Source of the DNA: Candidatus Iainarchaeum sp.
Lineage (GTDB): Archaea; Iainarchaeota; Iainarchaeia; Iainarchaeales; CSSED10-239
Direction: 5' to 3'
Assembly: GCA_937968065.1 (NCBI GenBank)
Contig: CALBUD010000066.1
Location: forward strand, 1 to 5,286
Length of the DNA stretch: 5,286 nt
A program made the translations under genes and the position numbers. Below are positions 5,279-5,286 of this stretch, in pieces (positions within the stretch are counted from its first letter, which is position 1; every line of letters begins with the position of its first letter). The notes beneath the pieces were generated by a model that did no database searches, was not told where the DNA came from, and saw nothing but the letters and a program-made list of their open reading frames with translations.

Positions 5279-5286
5279 TAAAAAAG

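Noticed and set aside
1-5286. A CRISPR array or cas operon associated with the Cas4-like gene.
   Set aside because: I saw no regularly spaced direct repeats of 24-40 nt anywhere in the window. No cas1/cas2-like ORFs flank the nuclease. It is therefore a solo Cas4-family gene as far as this window shows.

Overview
Very AT-rich (about 25-30% GC by eye), tightly packed 5.3-kb window with six protein genes and one tRNA. In order: (1) the 5' part of a minus-strand gene for a surface protein with an archaeal class III (type IV pilin-like) signal peptide. It is missing from the ORF track because it runs off the window. (2) tRNA-His(GUG) with a genome-encoded G-1. (3) aspS (aspartyl-tRNA synthetase) on the minus strand. 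(4) A minus-strand Cas4/AddB-like PD-(D/E)XK nuclease with a four-Cys Fe-S motif and an unassigned ~150-aa C-terminal extension. (5) A divergently transcribed plus-strand set: RadC-like JAB protein, then a VapB-like ribbon-helix-helix antitoxin, then a VapC PIN toxin. The pilin-type signal peptide and TATA-like boxes about 26 nt upstream of most ATGs point to a small-genome, DPANN-like archaeon. However, AspRS and RadC are bacterial-type proteins. Most worth a second look: the solo Cas4-like nuclease / RadC / VapBC cluster as a possible defence or mobile-element-derived module; the 242-nt structured spacer between nuclease and radC, which carries a terminator-like C-T9-A9-G palindrome in a divergent-promoter position; the bacterial-type AspRS that lacks the GAD insertion domain; and a five-copy AAACATA operator-like array upstream of vapBC. 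No CRISPR array, transposase, integrase or rRNA is visible. All functional calls come from motif recognition by eye, with no database search.
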